From the NCBI GenBank assembly GCA_030037525.1, contig JASHRC010000067.1:3469-67468 (forward strand): a stretch of 64,000 nt of DNA. The letters run 5' to 3'. This DNA is from Candidatus Acidiferrales bacterium (GTDB lineage Bacteria; Acidobacteriota; Terriglobia; Acidiferrales; UBA7541). The notes under the pieces are model-generated. The model was not told the origin of the DNA, made no database searches, and worked only from the letters and a program-made list of their open reading frames with translations. The position numbers and the translations under genes were made by a program. Position 1 is the first letter of the stretch. Each line of letters begins with the position of its first letter. Positions 9,904 to 19,330 of the stretch are shown here, in pieces.

Positions 9904-11780
9904 TCCGGGCCTGCGGCGCGGGAAACGGGCTCGGCATCGCGGAATTGCATGTCGTACAGACGCGCGTAAAGCCCATTGCGTAACAGCAATTCCTCGTGCG
10001 TGCCGCGCTCGCGAATCGTTCCGTCCTCCAGCACGGCGATCAGGTCCGCGCGGCGGATCGTCGAGAGCCGGTGCGCGATCACGAAGACGGTGCGGCCGCT
10101 CATGAGATTGTTGAGGGCCCGCTGCACGAGCATCTCGGACTCGGAATCGAGTTCCGAGGTCGCCTCGTCGAGAATCAGAATCGGCGCGTCCTTGAGCAAG
10201 GCGCGGGCAATGGCCAGCCGCTGGCGTTGTCCTCCCGAAAGGCGCTGGCCGCGGTCGCCGATCACCGTGTCGTAGCCGAGCGGCATTTGGGTGATGAACT
10301 CGTGGGCCAAAGCCGCCTGCGCTGCGGCCACGATCTTTTCTCGAGGCATGCTCGGTTGGCCGTAGCAGAGGTTGTTGCGAACGGTGTCGTTGAACAGGAT
10401 GTTCTCCTGCGTGACGATGGCCATTTGCTCGCGCAGCGAGCGCAGCGTGACGTCGCGCACATCGTGACCGTCGATTCGAACGGCGCCAGAAGTCACGTTA
10501 TGAAAGCGCGGCAGTAGATTCACGAGGGTGGTTTTTCCGGCCCCGCTTGAGCCGACAATGGCAACCACCGACCCCGCTGGCACGTCCAGGTCGATGCCCT
10601 TCAGGATCAGCGGCCCGCCGTCGTAGGCAAAGCTGGCATTGACAAATTGCACCGCGCCGGTCAAACGCGGCAGTCGCTCGGCGCCCGGAGCGTCCATCAC
10701 CTCGCGCGGAAGATCCAGATAAGAGAAAACCTGTTTGGAGGTTCCCGCCGCCTGCAGGAAAAGTTGGTAGACATTGCCGAGACGCTTGATTGGCTCATAG
10801 GCCTTGAACAAGGCGTAGGCAAACGCAACGAACAGGCCGACGGTCATGCGGCCTGCTTTGATCTCCCCGCGCGCGGCTAGCAAGACCAGCGCTACAACCA
10901 CCGCCCCGAGCAGATCCATCACTGGGGAGGTGGCGGCGAAGGCCCGGATCCAGCGCATGTTTTCCTGCAGGAGCCGGCGCGCCGATTCGCGAAACTTGCC
11001 AATCTCAAAGCCCTCCATGCCGAAAGCCTTCACCACGCGATTGCCCGTGATGGTCTCTTGCAGGATGTGGCTCAGGTCGGCCAAGCGCGAGCGGCTCTTT
11101 TCCGAAGACCGGCGAATGTGCCTTCCAAAATTTGCAACCGGCCATACCACGACCGGGATCAAGACGGCCGATTCAAGCGCCATTCTCCAGTTGATCACCA
11201 GAAGAACACTCACAAAGGCGACCAGCGCAAAGGACTGCCGAAACAGTTCTGCGAACCAATCCGAGAAGGCATTGCGCACCTGCTCGATGTCGCTGATCAC
11301 CGCGGACATCACGCGGCCCGTCGGGTTATATTGAAAAAATCCGATGGGCTGCTGGACAACCTGCGCATAGACGTCGTTGCGAAGGTCGGTGACCGCAGAA
11401 AGACCCACATGCTGAATCAGAATGCTTCCCACGTACTCAGCCGCTCCCTTGGTCAGCATCAGCAACAACAGGGCAACGGCGAAAATGTCCCAGACGTTGT
11501 GAAAATGACGAGGGGCAAAGGAGTGCAGATCGATCACCTGATGGGTGTAGGGAATCTTGAAGAGCACGAGGGCCTGGGCGGTCGAGCGCGGGTTCAGAAT
11601 CACATCGAAGGCGGGACGAAGCGCGAAAGCCACCAAAAACTCCGCCGCCCCCATCACGGCAATCAGCAGAATTCCCAACATCAGCCGCGGCACGTACGGG
11701 CGCAGGTAAACTAACAGGCGCTGAAGCTCCTGCTCGACGCTCGCGCGTGAGTTGGCTTCCATCAATTCGGGTGTCGGCAT
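9900..11780 (-). CDS. ABC transporter, fused permease/ATPase (MsbA/lipid-exporter-like)
   Basis: Six-helix N-terminal half. Walker A GSSGAGKTTLVNLL, signature LSGGQRQRLAIARAL, Walker B ILILDEATSELD. Confidence 0.9.
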   Translation of the reverse strand: MPTPELMEANSRASVEQELQRLLVYLRPYVPRLMLGILLIAVMGAAEFLVAFALRPAFDVILNPRSTAQALVLFKIPYTHQVIDLHSFAPRHFHNVWDIFAVALLLLMLTKGAAEYVGSILIQHVGLSAVTDLRNDVYAQVVQQPIGFFQYNPTGRVMSAVISDIEQVRNAFSDWFAELFRQSFALVAFVSVLLVINWRMALESAVLIPVVVWPVANFGRHIRRSSEKSRSRLADLSHILQETITGNRVVKAFGMEGFEIGKFRESARRLLQENMRWIRAFAATSPVMDLLGAVVVALVLLAARGEIKAGRMTVGLFVAFAYALFKAYEPIKRLGNVYQLFLQAAGTSKQVFSYLDLPREVMDAPGAERLPRLTGAVQFVNASFAYDGGPLILKGIDLDVPAGSVVAIVGSSGAGKTTLVNLLPRFHNVTSGAVRIDGHDVRDVTLRSLREQMAIVTQENILFNDTVRNNLCYGQPSMPREKIVAAAQAALAHEFITQMPLGYDTVIGDRGQRLSGGQRQRLAIARALLKDAPILILDEATSELDSESEMLVQRALNNLMSGRTVFVIAHRLSTIRRADLIAVLEDGTIRERGTHEELLLRNGLYARLYDMQFRDAEPVSRAAGPE

Positions 11781-11946
11781 CCGATCCGAGTATGGCCTAC
11801 GACGCTGGGACTTGACCCTTTACTCGCCCATGTAAACCCATCTGGCGTATTCGCGCAAGGCGTAACAGCGGCTCTGTTCCGCGCCATTCAGCGCGGCATG
11901 TTGGCAAGACCCAGCTGCATCGCGCTTCGGTCAGAAAGCCGTTCGC

Positions 11947-12816
11947 TCATTTCGCGAAATACACCTGCTTGCCGCGCAAGCCATCGTGCGAATGGCGCAG
12001 CGGCAAGGTCCCTGGGGGCGGCTGCCGCAGGTGCTCTGGCACCGACTCGCCCGTCATTCCTTTCGCCGGCGTGACGCCGCCATCGGCCAGCACGAGCGCG
12101 CCCGTCACATAGCTCGCCTCGTCGGATGCCAGGAAGGCAAAAATGTTCGCCATCTCTTCGGGGGTTCCGCGCCGCCCGAGCGGAACCATCCCGTCGATCA
12201 TCTTCTGCACTTCGAGGCCGAGCGGGCCGCCCGGGCCGCGCGTCCATGCCGTATCGATCGCGCCGGGACAAACACAGTTGACGCGCACTCCGTACTTGGC
12301 CTGCTCGAGCGCCACGCCCTTCGCGAAGGCGTGCAGAAACGCCTTGCTCGCGCCATAGGGGGTGAAATTCGCCGAGCCGTTGATGCCTGCTTCCGAACCG
12401 GTGAAGAGAATGTTGCCGCGGGTTTTTTGCAGGTGGGGCAGCGCGAATTTCGTCATCAGGAAAGCCGTGCGGATGTTCGAGCGGACCGTGCGGTCGAAAT
12501 CCTCGATGCGATAGACGTCCGTCTCCGCATTGGCGATGAAAATTCCGGCGTTGTTCACCAGGATGTTGAGTTGCCCGAAGCGCGCCACCGCTGCCTCGAC
12601 GCACGCGCGCGCCTCCGCCTCTTCGGCTAGATCGCCACGAAACGTTTCCGCTTCGCCGCCGGTCGCGACGATCGCTTCCGCCACGTCGTCGACCGGATCG
12701 GACGGCAATCCGGCCAGCGCCAGTCGCGCACCCTCGCGCGAGAATTTGTGGGCAATGGCCTCACCGATCCCCGTTCCCGCGCCTGTGATGATTGCAACTT
12801 TGTCCGCAAGCTTCAT
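11947..12816 (-). CDS. SDR-family (short-chain) oxidoreductase
   Basis: TGAGTGIGEAIA (TGxxxGxG), NNAG, and catalytic YGASKAF (YxxxK). ATG 12816 verified. The track extension to 13014 overlaps serA and is rejected. Confidence 0.85.
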   Translation of the reverse strand: MKLADKVAIITGAGTGIGEAIAHKFSREGARLALAGLPSDPVDDVAEAIVATGGEAETFRGDLAEEAEARACVEAAVARFGQLNILVNNAGIFIANAETDVYRIEDFDRTVRSNIRTAFLMTKFALPHLQKTRGNILFTGSEAGINGSANFTPYGASKAFLHAFAKGVALEQAKYGVRVNCVCPGAIDTAWTRGPGGPLGLEVQKMIDGMVPLGRRGTPEEMANIFAFLASDEASYVTGALVLADGGVTPAKGMTGESVPEHLRQPPPGTLPLRHSHDGLRGKQVYFAK

Positions 12817-12904
12817 TCGGTCCCTCCGTTTGAGCCATTGATGATACCTCGACCCGGGCTGCGCCTGACCCCGCACGGCACCGACCCATCGGCCATTCGG
12901 GGTT

Positions 12905-14512
12905 TCAGCGGGGGGCGGAGGCTTGGGCCGCGGCGGGAAGGTAGACCAGGCGCGCGTCGGTGACCGAAGGCAACGAGCGAATTTCCTGCACCACCAGCGG
13001 GCTGACGTCGCCATCGAGGCCGACCAGCGCCAGCGCCTCGCCGCCTCCGACCGGAGAGCGGCGGCCGAGGGCGAACGTCGCGATATTGACGCCCAGATTG
13101 CCGAGCGCGGTGCCGATGCGGCCGATGACGCCGGGCACGTCGATGTTGCGGGAAAGAAGCAGGGTGCCTTCGAGCGGCGCTTCCAGGCTCATACCATCGA
13201 GCGAAACGATGCGAGGGGAGCCGTCCAGCCCGAGGGTGCCTTCAAGCGCGAATTCGCGGCTACCATCGGCGATCGAGACTTCGACTGTATTGGCAAAGCC
13301 GTGCCCGCGACGCCGTGCGGCTTCTTCGACCAGCAGCCCGCGCGCGGCCGCCTCCGCGGCTGCATTAACGAGGTTCACTTTTTCATCGAGCACGGAATTG
13401 AGGGCGCCGGCCAGCACCGCACTGCGAATCACGTGCGAGCCGAGCTCCGCTGGCTCACCCGCGTAGCGGATGCGGATGCGGCTGAAGCTGCGCGAGGGCA
13501 CAGCCTGCGCCGCGAACGAGCCAAGGCGTTCACCCAATTCCAGATACGGCCGCAAGCGGCGATACTGGTCGGGCGAAAGCGCGGGCATGTTGACGGCGTT
13601 GCGGATAATGCCTTCGGCGAGGTAGTCGCGCACTTGCTGCGCGATGGCAGTGCCAACTTCTTCCTGGGCTTCGGCCGTCGAGCCGGCGATATGCGGAGTC
13701 GCAATCACGTTGGGCAGACCGATGAGCGGCGAATTTCTGGGAGGCTCCTGCGCAAAGGTATCCAGGCCGGCGCCGGCAAGGTGGCCGGAGCGAAGAGACT
13801 CGGCGAGCGCGGGCTCGTCGATCAATTCGCCGCGGGCGCAATTGATGAGCCATGCGCCTTTTTTCATCTTCCCGAGCGCGGCCGCGTCGATCATTTTTTC
13901 GGTGGCGGCACTGAGCGAGGTGTGGAGCGAGAGCACGTCGGAGCGTTTGAGCAATTCCTCGAGTGGAACCAGGTCCACCTCCACTTCGTGCGCGGCGGCG
14001 GCAGTGACGTAGGGATCGTAGGCCAACACTTTCATTTCCAGAGCGCGAGCGCGGCGCGCCACTTCGGTGCCAACGCGGCCCAGGCCGACCAGGCCCAGCG
14101 TCTTGCCGCGCAGCTCGGTGCCGGAAAATGCGGATTTCTCCCAGCGGCCGGCCTGAGTCGAGGCGTTGGCCTGCGGCACCGCGCGCGCGAGGCTGAGCAT
14201 GAGCGCGAGCGTGTGTTCAGCAACGCTGACGGCGTTGCCGCCAGGCGTGTTCATCACCAGGATGCCGCGATGAGTGGCGGCCTCCACGTCTACGTTGTCC
14301 ACGCCGACGCCGGCGCGGCCGATGACGCGCAGCTTCGCGGCCTTCTCCAGAAAACCTGCGGTCACTTTGGTGGCACTGCGAACAACCAGCGCGTCCGCCT
14401 GGGCGAGTTCGCTCGGCAGGGCCGCGGCAGCGGGAGTGAGCACCTCCCAGCCGGCCTCCCGCAGAAGCGCAATTCCACGCTCGCTGATCTTGTCCGCAAC
14501 AATGATTTTCAT
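12905..14512 (-). CDS. serA: D-3-phosphoglycerate dehydrogenase with C-terminal ACT domain
   Basis: MKIIVADKISERG..., GRAGVGVDNVD, GLVGLGRVGTEVARRA (NAD fold), and a long C-terminal regulatory region ending in an ACT-like segment. ATG at 14512; TTG one codon upstream at 14515. Confidence 0.9.
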   Translation of the reverse strand: MKIIVADKISERGIALLREAGWEVLTPAAAALPSELAQADALVVRSATKVTAGFLEKAAKLRVIGRAGVGVDNVDVEAATHRGILVMNTPGGNAVSVAEHTLALMLSLARAVPQANASTQAGRWEKSAFSGTELRGKTLGLVGLGRVGTEVARRARALEMKVLAYDPYVTAAAAHEVEVDLVPLEELLKRSDVLSLHTSLSAATEKMIDAAALGKMKKGAWLINCARGELIDEPALAESLRSGHLAGAGLDTFAQEPPRNSPLIGLPNVIATPHIAGSTAEAQEEVGTAIAQQVRDYLAEGIIRNAVNMPALSPDQYRRLRPYLELGERLGSFAAQAVPSRSFSRIRIRYAGEPAELGSHVIRSAVLAGALNSVLDEKVNLVNAAAEAAARGLLVEEAARRRGHGFANTVEVSIADGSREFALEGTLGLDGSPRIVSLDGMSLEAPLEGTLLLSRNIDVPGVIGRIGTALGNLGVNIATFALGRRSPVGGGEALALVGLDGDVSPLVVQEIRSLPSVTDARLVYLPAAAQASAPR

Positions 14513-14599
14513 CAATCTTCAAGCCTATCGGGAGCAAACGGCGGTGTCAATTCTCGATCCGGGCGCGGCGATGCGTGTGATATTCTTGGAAAAAGCCGA

Positions 14600-15055
14600 A
14601 TGAGTTACATCGAGCGCATCCAGGCGGACCTGACCGCCGCCATGAAGTTGAAAGACGAGTTGCGGCTGAGCACGCTGCGGATGATGAAGTCTGCGCTCAA
14701 GAACAAAGAGATCGAAAAAGTGCGGCAGCTCGACGACATGGAGTCGCTCCAGGTGCTGCAGACGCTCGTTAAACAGAGGCAGGACTCGGCGCATCAGTTC
14801 AGGCACGGCGGGCGCAAGGACTTGGCGGAAAAGGAGGAGAAGGAAATCCTCATTATTCAGGAATACTTGCCGGCCGCTCCCACCGACGCCGAGATGCAAC
14901 ACGCCATCGAAGCGGCCATCAACGAAGAAGGAGCGAACTCACTCAAACAGATGGGCGCCGTCATCAAGGCGGCGCGCGCAAAGCTAGAAGGCAAAGCGAT
15001 CGACGGGAAAGCTCTGAGCGACCGCGTGCGCGAGCGCCTCGCCCAGAAGAGCTGA
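14600..15055 (+). CDS. GatB/YqeY domain-containing protein
   Basis: MSYIERIQADLTAAMKLKDELRLSTLRMMKSALKNKEIE...MGAVIKAARAKLEGKAIDGKALSDRVRERL matches the YqeY pattern. It is the only credible part of the 710-aa track ORF 12923..15055. Confidence 0.85.
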   Translation: MSYIERIQADLTAAMKLKDELRLSTLRMMKSALKNKEIEKVRQLDDMESLQVLQTLVKQRQDSAHQFRHGGRKDLAEKEEKEILIIQEYLPAAPTDAEMQHAIEAAINEEGANSLKQMGAVIKAARAKLEGKAIDGKALSDRVRERLAQKS

Positions 15056-15112
15056 TCCGCGGCAGTACTGCGGAAGTACTGCGGCTCTCTGTTTCGTTGA
15101 GTTCGGAGCGGA

Positions 15113-17143
15113 TTAGGGCGTCGCGCGGCGCAGGACGGCAGCGGACTGCTGGTCGGCTGCGACCTGCTCCAGGAAATCGCGAATGGCAGAAAGCCTTTCC
15201 TGGGGAACCAACACCTGTTTGATTTCGAATGTGCGTTTGTAGTGCAGAACGCCATCAGAGAATTTCGTCTCACTTTTGTACGTCGCATAGTCGCAATCGG
15301 CTTGAAGCGGTTGCGGCAGCCCGTCGGGGACGAAGCCCGCCGGCACGGTGATGTCGAAGATGTCGTCCTGGCGCGTGGCTTCCTCAAACTCGATGGGATA
15401 CCGCCGCCGCTTTTGCTCGGTGAACAGGCGGAGCAGCGAGGTGGATTTGTCACCCAAGACGCGGGGGCGAACAAAGAGCAGATCGCCGGCGGCATTGGCG
15501 TAACGGGGGGAGACCAGCTTGTAGGTTAACGAAAGCGTTTGGTCATCCTGGTCGAGGTTCCCGATGGAAGCCGAAGTAAGCCTGAAATTGTCGAGGAAAT
15601 TTGCGAGAAAACGGTCAAAGACTTCGACGCGCTTGGAGGGCTCGCGATCGAGAAACTCCTCGCGTTCCCGCTGGGCGGGTCCGCCCCACTGGAGTTCGCG
15701 AATTTCGCCGGACAGATCGCCGGTCGGAGTGAGGTCGAACTTCGCGGTGCGCAGCAAGCGGTTCGTGCTGGCCGGTAGCAGGGGCAGAGATATCAAACGC
15801 CCGCCCTCCGGCGTCATCAGCAGGCCATAGCTGCTTTGCAGATACCAGGGCAGATAACCGAGAGGCGTGTGCTCGCTCGTCGGATCGAAGATCAGCAGGC
15901 GGCCGAGTTTGCCGTCTTGCACGAGGGCATAGAGCGCGCCGTCCGGCACGCTGTCGGGAAGCTGGATGGCCAAAATCATGTGATCCATGTAGATCGACGG
16001 GTAGCCGGGATGAACAAACTCGCGACGATGATCGACGGCCAGATAGTACGACCGGATCCCGATCCCGGTTAGCATCGCGCTTAACAAGGTGGCCTTGTCT
16101 TTGCAGTCTCCGTACTTGTGCTCAAAAACTTCGGCCGCGGGATGAGGCTGCCATCCGCCAATGCCGATTTCGACGGCGAAATAATGAATGTTCTGCTGAA
16201 CATATTTCGCCAGAGCCTCGATCTTCGCCAGGGGATCGGAAATGCCTCCGGTCAACTCGGCGACTTTCTGCTGAATCGCGGGAGAGGGCGATCGGCTGGT
16301 CTGGCTCAGCCCGTTGTACCAGAACCCCACATCCTGCCAAGAACCCGACGACTTCGCCCGCATCGCCGGATCGCGCGGAAAATACTTGATGCCTGCCCAG
16401 CCCGCCACGGCCCGCCAAGGCGGCATGCTGGGTTCGGTTTCGACTCCCGGGAGGTTTTTGACTTCCCAGAGATAATGGTTTGAGCCGAGGGTTTGCGGCT
16501 GTTGCTCCGGATAGTTAAACCAATTCGTGGTGAATTCCCAGCCGGGAGGCAGCTGCAATTCAAAGCGCGCCGTTAAAACCGGCGACGGATCCTGAAACCA
16601 CCAATCGTCCTCGAAAACATAGGGCCTTTCCCGCTCGACATACTCGAATCCAACCACGCTGCCGGGGTTTGCCTCCGGGAATGCCAACGATTTCGCCCGA
16701 ACATCCGCATATTCGAGGTCGGTTAGGTAGCCGTGCTCGACAGCGTCTTTTTCGCCGACCGCCATCTCGTGCCCGTTGGGCTCAATGGTCCACGCTTTTA
16801 GGGATAAGACCTTTTCGTCTTTATCGAAGGGCACCGAGACACCGCCGTACTCGCGTTTGGCCTCGGGCCGAAGCAAGCGGAATGCGCCCCGGTGGAGTGT
16901 TTCGATTTGGCCGTTGTCACGGACGGTCGTTTGGGTTTCGTCGAGCAGGATGACGGCGACGGTGTCCTTCTCATACTCGGGAAGCTTTTGCTGCGCTGCG
17001 GTCCGAAGCCATTCCGGCGCGGAATCGGCCGCGACCGCCACCCGTGGCAGGCAGGCCATCGCGATGGAGATCCACAGGGCGAGACCCCATTTAGTTGTTT
17101 TGGGCAGACGTCTGGTTCTGAAGAACGATATGAGCGTTGTCAT
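15113..17143 (-). CDS. secreted transglutaminase-like cysteine-protease-fold protein (architecture resembles DUF3857-transglutaminase-DUF3858)
   Basis: Catalytic-triad candidates are YGDCKDKATLL (Cys), YMDHMILAI (His) and LLIFDPTSE (Asp). The signal peptide is ...KWGLALWISIAMACLPRVAVA|AD. ATG 17143 overlaps the upstream paralogue by 53 nt. The track start at 17254 is less likely. Confidence 0.75.
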   Translation of the reverse strand: MTTLISFFRTRRLPKTTKWGLALWISIAMACLPRVAVAADSAPEWLRTAAQQKLPEYEKDTVAVILLDETQTTVRDNGQIETLHRGAFRLLRPEAKREYGGVSVPFDKDEKVLSLKAWTIEPNGHEMAVGEKDAVEHGYLTDLEYADVRAKSLAFPEANPGSVVGFEYVERERPYVFEDDWWFQDPSPVLTARFELQLPPGWEFTTNWFNYPEQQPQTLGSNHYLWEVKNLPGVETEPSMPPWRAVAGWAGIKYFPRDPAMRAKSSGSWQDVGFWYNGLSQTSRSPSPAIQQKVAELTGGISDPLAKIEALAKYVQQNIHYFAVEIGIGGWQPHPAAEVFEHKYGDCKDKATLLSAMLTGIGIRSYYLAVDHRREFVHPGYPSIYMDHMILAIQLPDSVPDGALYALVQDGKLGRLLIFDPTSEHTPLGYLPWYLQSSYGLLMTPEGGRLISLPLLPASTNRLLRTAKFDLTPTGDLSGEIRELQWGGPAQREREEFLDREPSKRVEVFDRFLANFLDNFRLTSASIGNLDQDDQTLSLTYKLVSPRYANAAGDLLFVRPRVLGDKSTSLLRLFTEQKRRRYPIEFEEATRQDDIFDITVPAGFVPDGLPQPLQADCDYATYKSETKFSDGVLHYKRTFEIKQVLVPQERLSAIRDFLEQVAADQQSAAVLRRATP

Positions 17144-19082
17144 TGGCCCTGACCATGCCGAAAAAGCTGCGCAGTGCGGAATATTCGTCCTTCGAAAAAA
17201 CGAGGCCACGCACGGCGAGGTGGCGTTTAATTTCAACGCTGGAACTCTGAGCATTCGCGCTGATCTCGCAAGCGACGGCCTTCAGATCGACATTTTGAGA
17301 GGGGGGCAGGCTTTCAACCTTGTAGCCGACAGGCAGATGCAGCTTGAGGTCGTCGATTTCCTCGTATGGGTAAGGGAAGTAGACGAGGTTTTCCCGTTTC
17401 TCTGAAGCAAATTCCCTAGTCTGGCTCATCTGAAAAATCTCAAGGGGCATGAGGAGGCGCCGCGCGGCCCCGCTGCCGAACGACGGAATGGTTAGAGCCC
17501 CTTCTACGTGTACCGGCTGACCGATATCGTCCCAGTTTGCGATTTCCGTGATGCGGAATTCCGAGCCAGCCGGGAGCCAGGACCGGATCTCGTCCTCGAG
17601 ATCCTTGGTCCTTCCGGTCTCATCCTCCTTTCTCTTCTCTGTGCGCAGCAAGCCGGCGCGCTGGCCCGTGAAATCCACTTGCAGCGAGCCGGATATCGAA
17701 CCGTTGGAACCTACCTCCAGGTCCGCGTTGCGAACAACCGTGGCATCGGAAGGTGTCGGGTTCGGCGTGTTCACCGCGGCGCTCGAGTGCTTGTCTGCCT
17801 TGATACCGCCGCTCTCGGTTTCATACCAAGGCAGCAAGCCGAACGGGAAATAACGGGCGCCCGGATCGAGATAATAGTCTTGCGACCCGGCATGGACCCA
17901 AACGACGTCGGCGCGTAGCTGACTCGCCTCCTTCCGTGCCGGAACGAAAAGCTCGTCGTCGCGAGGCGCCACGTGCATTTCGGTCGCTTCCAATCCGGCG
18001 GCCCGTACCAATCCCACGAAGAGATCATTGATCTGATGCCGGGTGCCGTAGCCACGCGTGAGGAGATCTTGGACGTTCGCGTTTTCTTTCAGGTTCTCGT
18101 CCTTGTGTTCCTTGGCGCTCTTGAAATCCTCCATGCTTAGATTTCGAATCTGCAGGACGCCCGCATAGATTTTTCGCAGCTTCACTTCGGGCGAGTCCGA
18201 AGCAGTCACCAGCTTGGACAGCTCCTCATTGAGGGCATTTTTCTTGTCGATGAAGTGTTCCAGCTCGCTGTCCCATCGCTTGGCATAGACACCCCAATAG
18301 TGATCGGTCGAATCGGCCGCAGAGGGGAGTGACGGATCCTGATAGTAAAAGGAGACGTGCGCTTCGATGGCGCGCTCGGGCGGCATCAGCGGTTCTTCCA
18401 CGACGCCCGGGATGTCATGCGCGACCATGGTGTAGGAGTTGTTGGCCAGTTGCTTCAGAGCAGCTTCGGGCGGAAGCAGATACGTCGAATACATGGGGAC
18501 CAGGCCGGAGCCGTAACCGGTGAAGGGGATATAGGTAAAGTGAGCTTCGCGAGTGTAGACAGTCTGAGACACTTGCCACAAGAGGTCCTGGACATATCCC
18601 GGTTTGGTCTGTAACTGATAAATGTATTCAAGGATGCAGCCCGGCTGAACATCCGGCAGTGTGAAAGTCTTCGCCAGCACCTTCCGGTTACCGAATTTTA
18701 CGATTGTGGTTTCCACGACTTGGCCGTCGAATTTCACGATACTTCCGTCGGGCCGGATGGTGCGACCGGCAATGTAGGGAATCGTATCGTCCTCTTTTGA
18801 GAATTCGAGGGTTACGTGTCCGTGGCTGACGCCGGCCGCTGTGAATACTTTGATCCGAATGTACTCTTCAATCGAGCCGCCCGTGCTGCTCGCTTTCGAG
18901 GCGTCGACGATGACCTCGCGATAGAGAATCATGGCGTCAGCGCCGGGCTGTTTGGGGTTGTCCTTCAGGGCTAGGTCCTCGGGCGGAATGGGCTTAAAGT
19001 CCATGGCCCTGCTCAGACCAGCGAAGGTTGGCAACACCAGCAGAGCGACGAGCATGCACCCGATTCGTGCGGTTGGTTTCAT
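17091..19082 (-). CDS. secreted paralogue of the transglutaminase-like protein, catalytic Cys/His replaced
   Basis: Same length class and alignable core, but YGTRHQINDLF replaces YGDCKDKATLL and ADVVWVH replaces MDHMILA. YLDPGAR retains the Asp. Signal peptide MKPTARIGCMLVALLVLPTFAGLSRA. ATG 19082 verified. Confidence 0.7.
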   Translation of the reverse strand: MKPTARIGCMLVALLVLPTFAGLSRAMDFKPIPPEDLALKDNPKQPGADAMILYREVIVDASKASSTGGSIEEYIRIKVFTAAGVSHGHVTLEFSKEDDTIPYIAGRTIRPDGSIVKFDGQVVETTIVKFGNRKVLAKTFTLPDVQPGCILEYIYQLQTKPGYVQDLLWQVSQTVYTREAHFTYIPFTGYGSGLVPMYSTYLLPPEAALKQLANNSYTMVAHDIPGVVEEPLMPPERAIEAHVSFYYQDPSLPSAADSTDHYWGVYAKRWDSELEHFIDKKNALNEELSKLVTASDSPEVKLRKIYAGVLQIRNLSMEDFKSAKEHKDENLKENANVQDLLTRGYGTRHQINDLFVGLVRAAGLEATEMHVAPRDDELFVPARKEASQLRADVVWVHAGSQDYYLDPGARYFPFGLLPWYETESGGIKADKHSSAAVNTPNPTPSDATVVRNADLEVGSNGSISGSLQVDFTGQRAGLLRTEKRKEDETGRTKDLEDEIRSWLPAGSEFRITEIANWDDIGQPVHVEGALTIPSFGSGAARRLLMPLEIFQMSQTREFASEKRENLVYFPYPYEEIDDLKLHLPVGYKVESLPPSQNVDLKAVACEISANAQSSSVEIKRHLAVRGLVFSKDEYSALRSFFGMVRANDNAHIVLQNQTSAQNN

Positions 19083-19330
19083 ACGCGTGTCCCCACCCTC
19101 CCCGAGGGTCTCGACTAAATCTCGAATCGGTAGTCGAAAAGCGGTGAAGTGCCACAAACGTACCCGAAGTAGCAAAACCTGTCAATAAGACTCAAGTACT
19201 GAAGCGTGGCGGGGCGCATGCCATCGCTCCGGAGTGGGAGTGTCAAATTGCGGGACCCGCATCTGACGAATCGGTCCCTCATCAGGATCGATCCGTCTGC
19301 CGGCGAGGTGTGCTAGCTTGAACAGAGCAT

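Noticed and set aside
12923-15055. 710-aa ORF on the plus strand, the longest plus-strand ORF in this area
   Set aside because: The first ~560 codons are antisense to serA, whose protein carries clear dehydrogenase and ACT motifs. They encode Arg/Ala/Gly-rich low-complexity sequence typical of a high-GC shadow frame. Only the last 151 codons (14600..15055) encode a recognisable YqeY-like protein.
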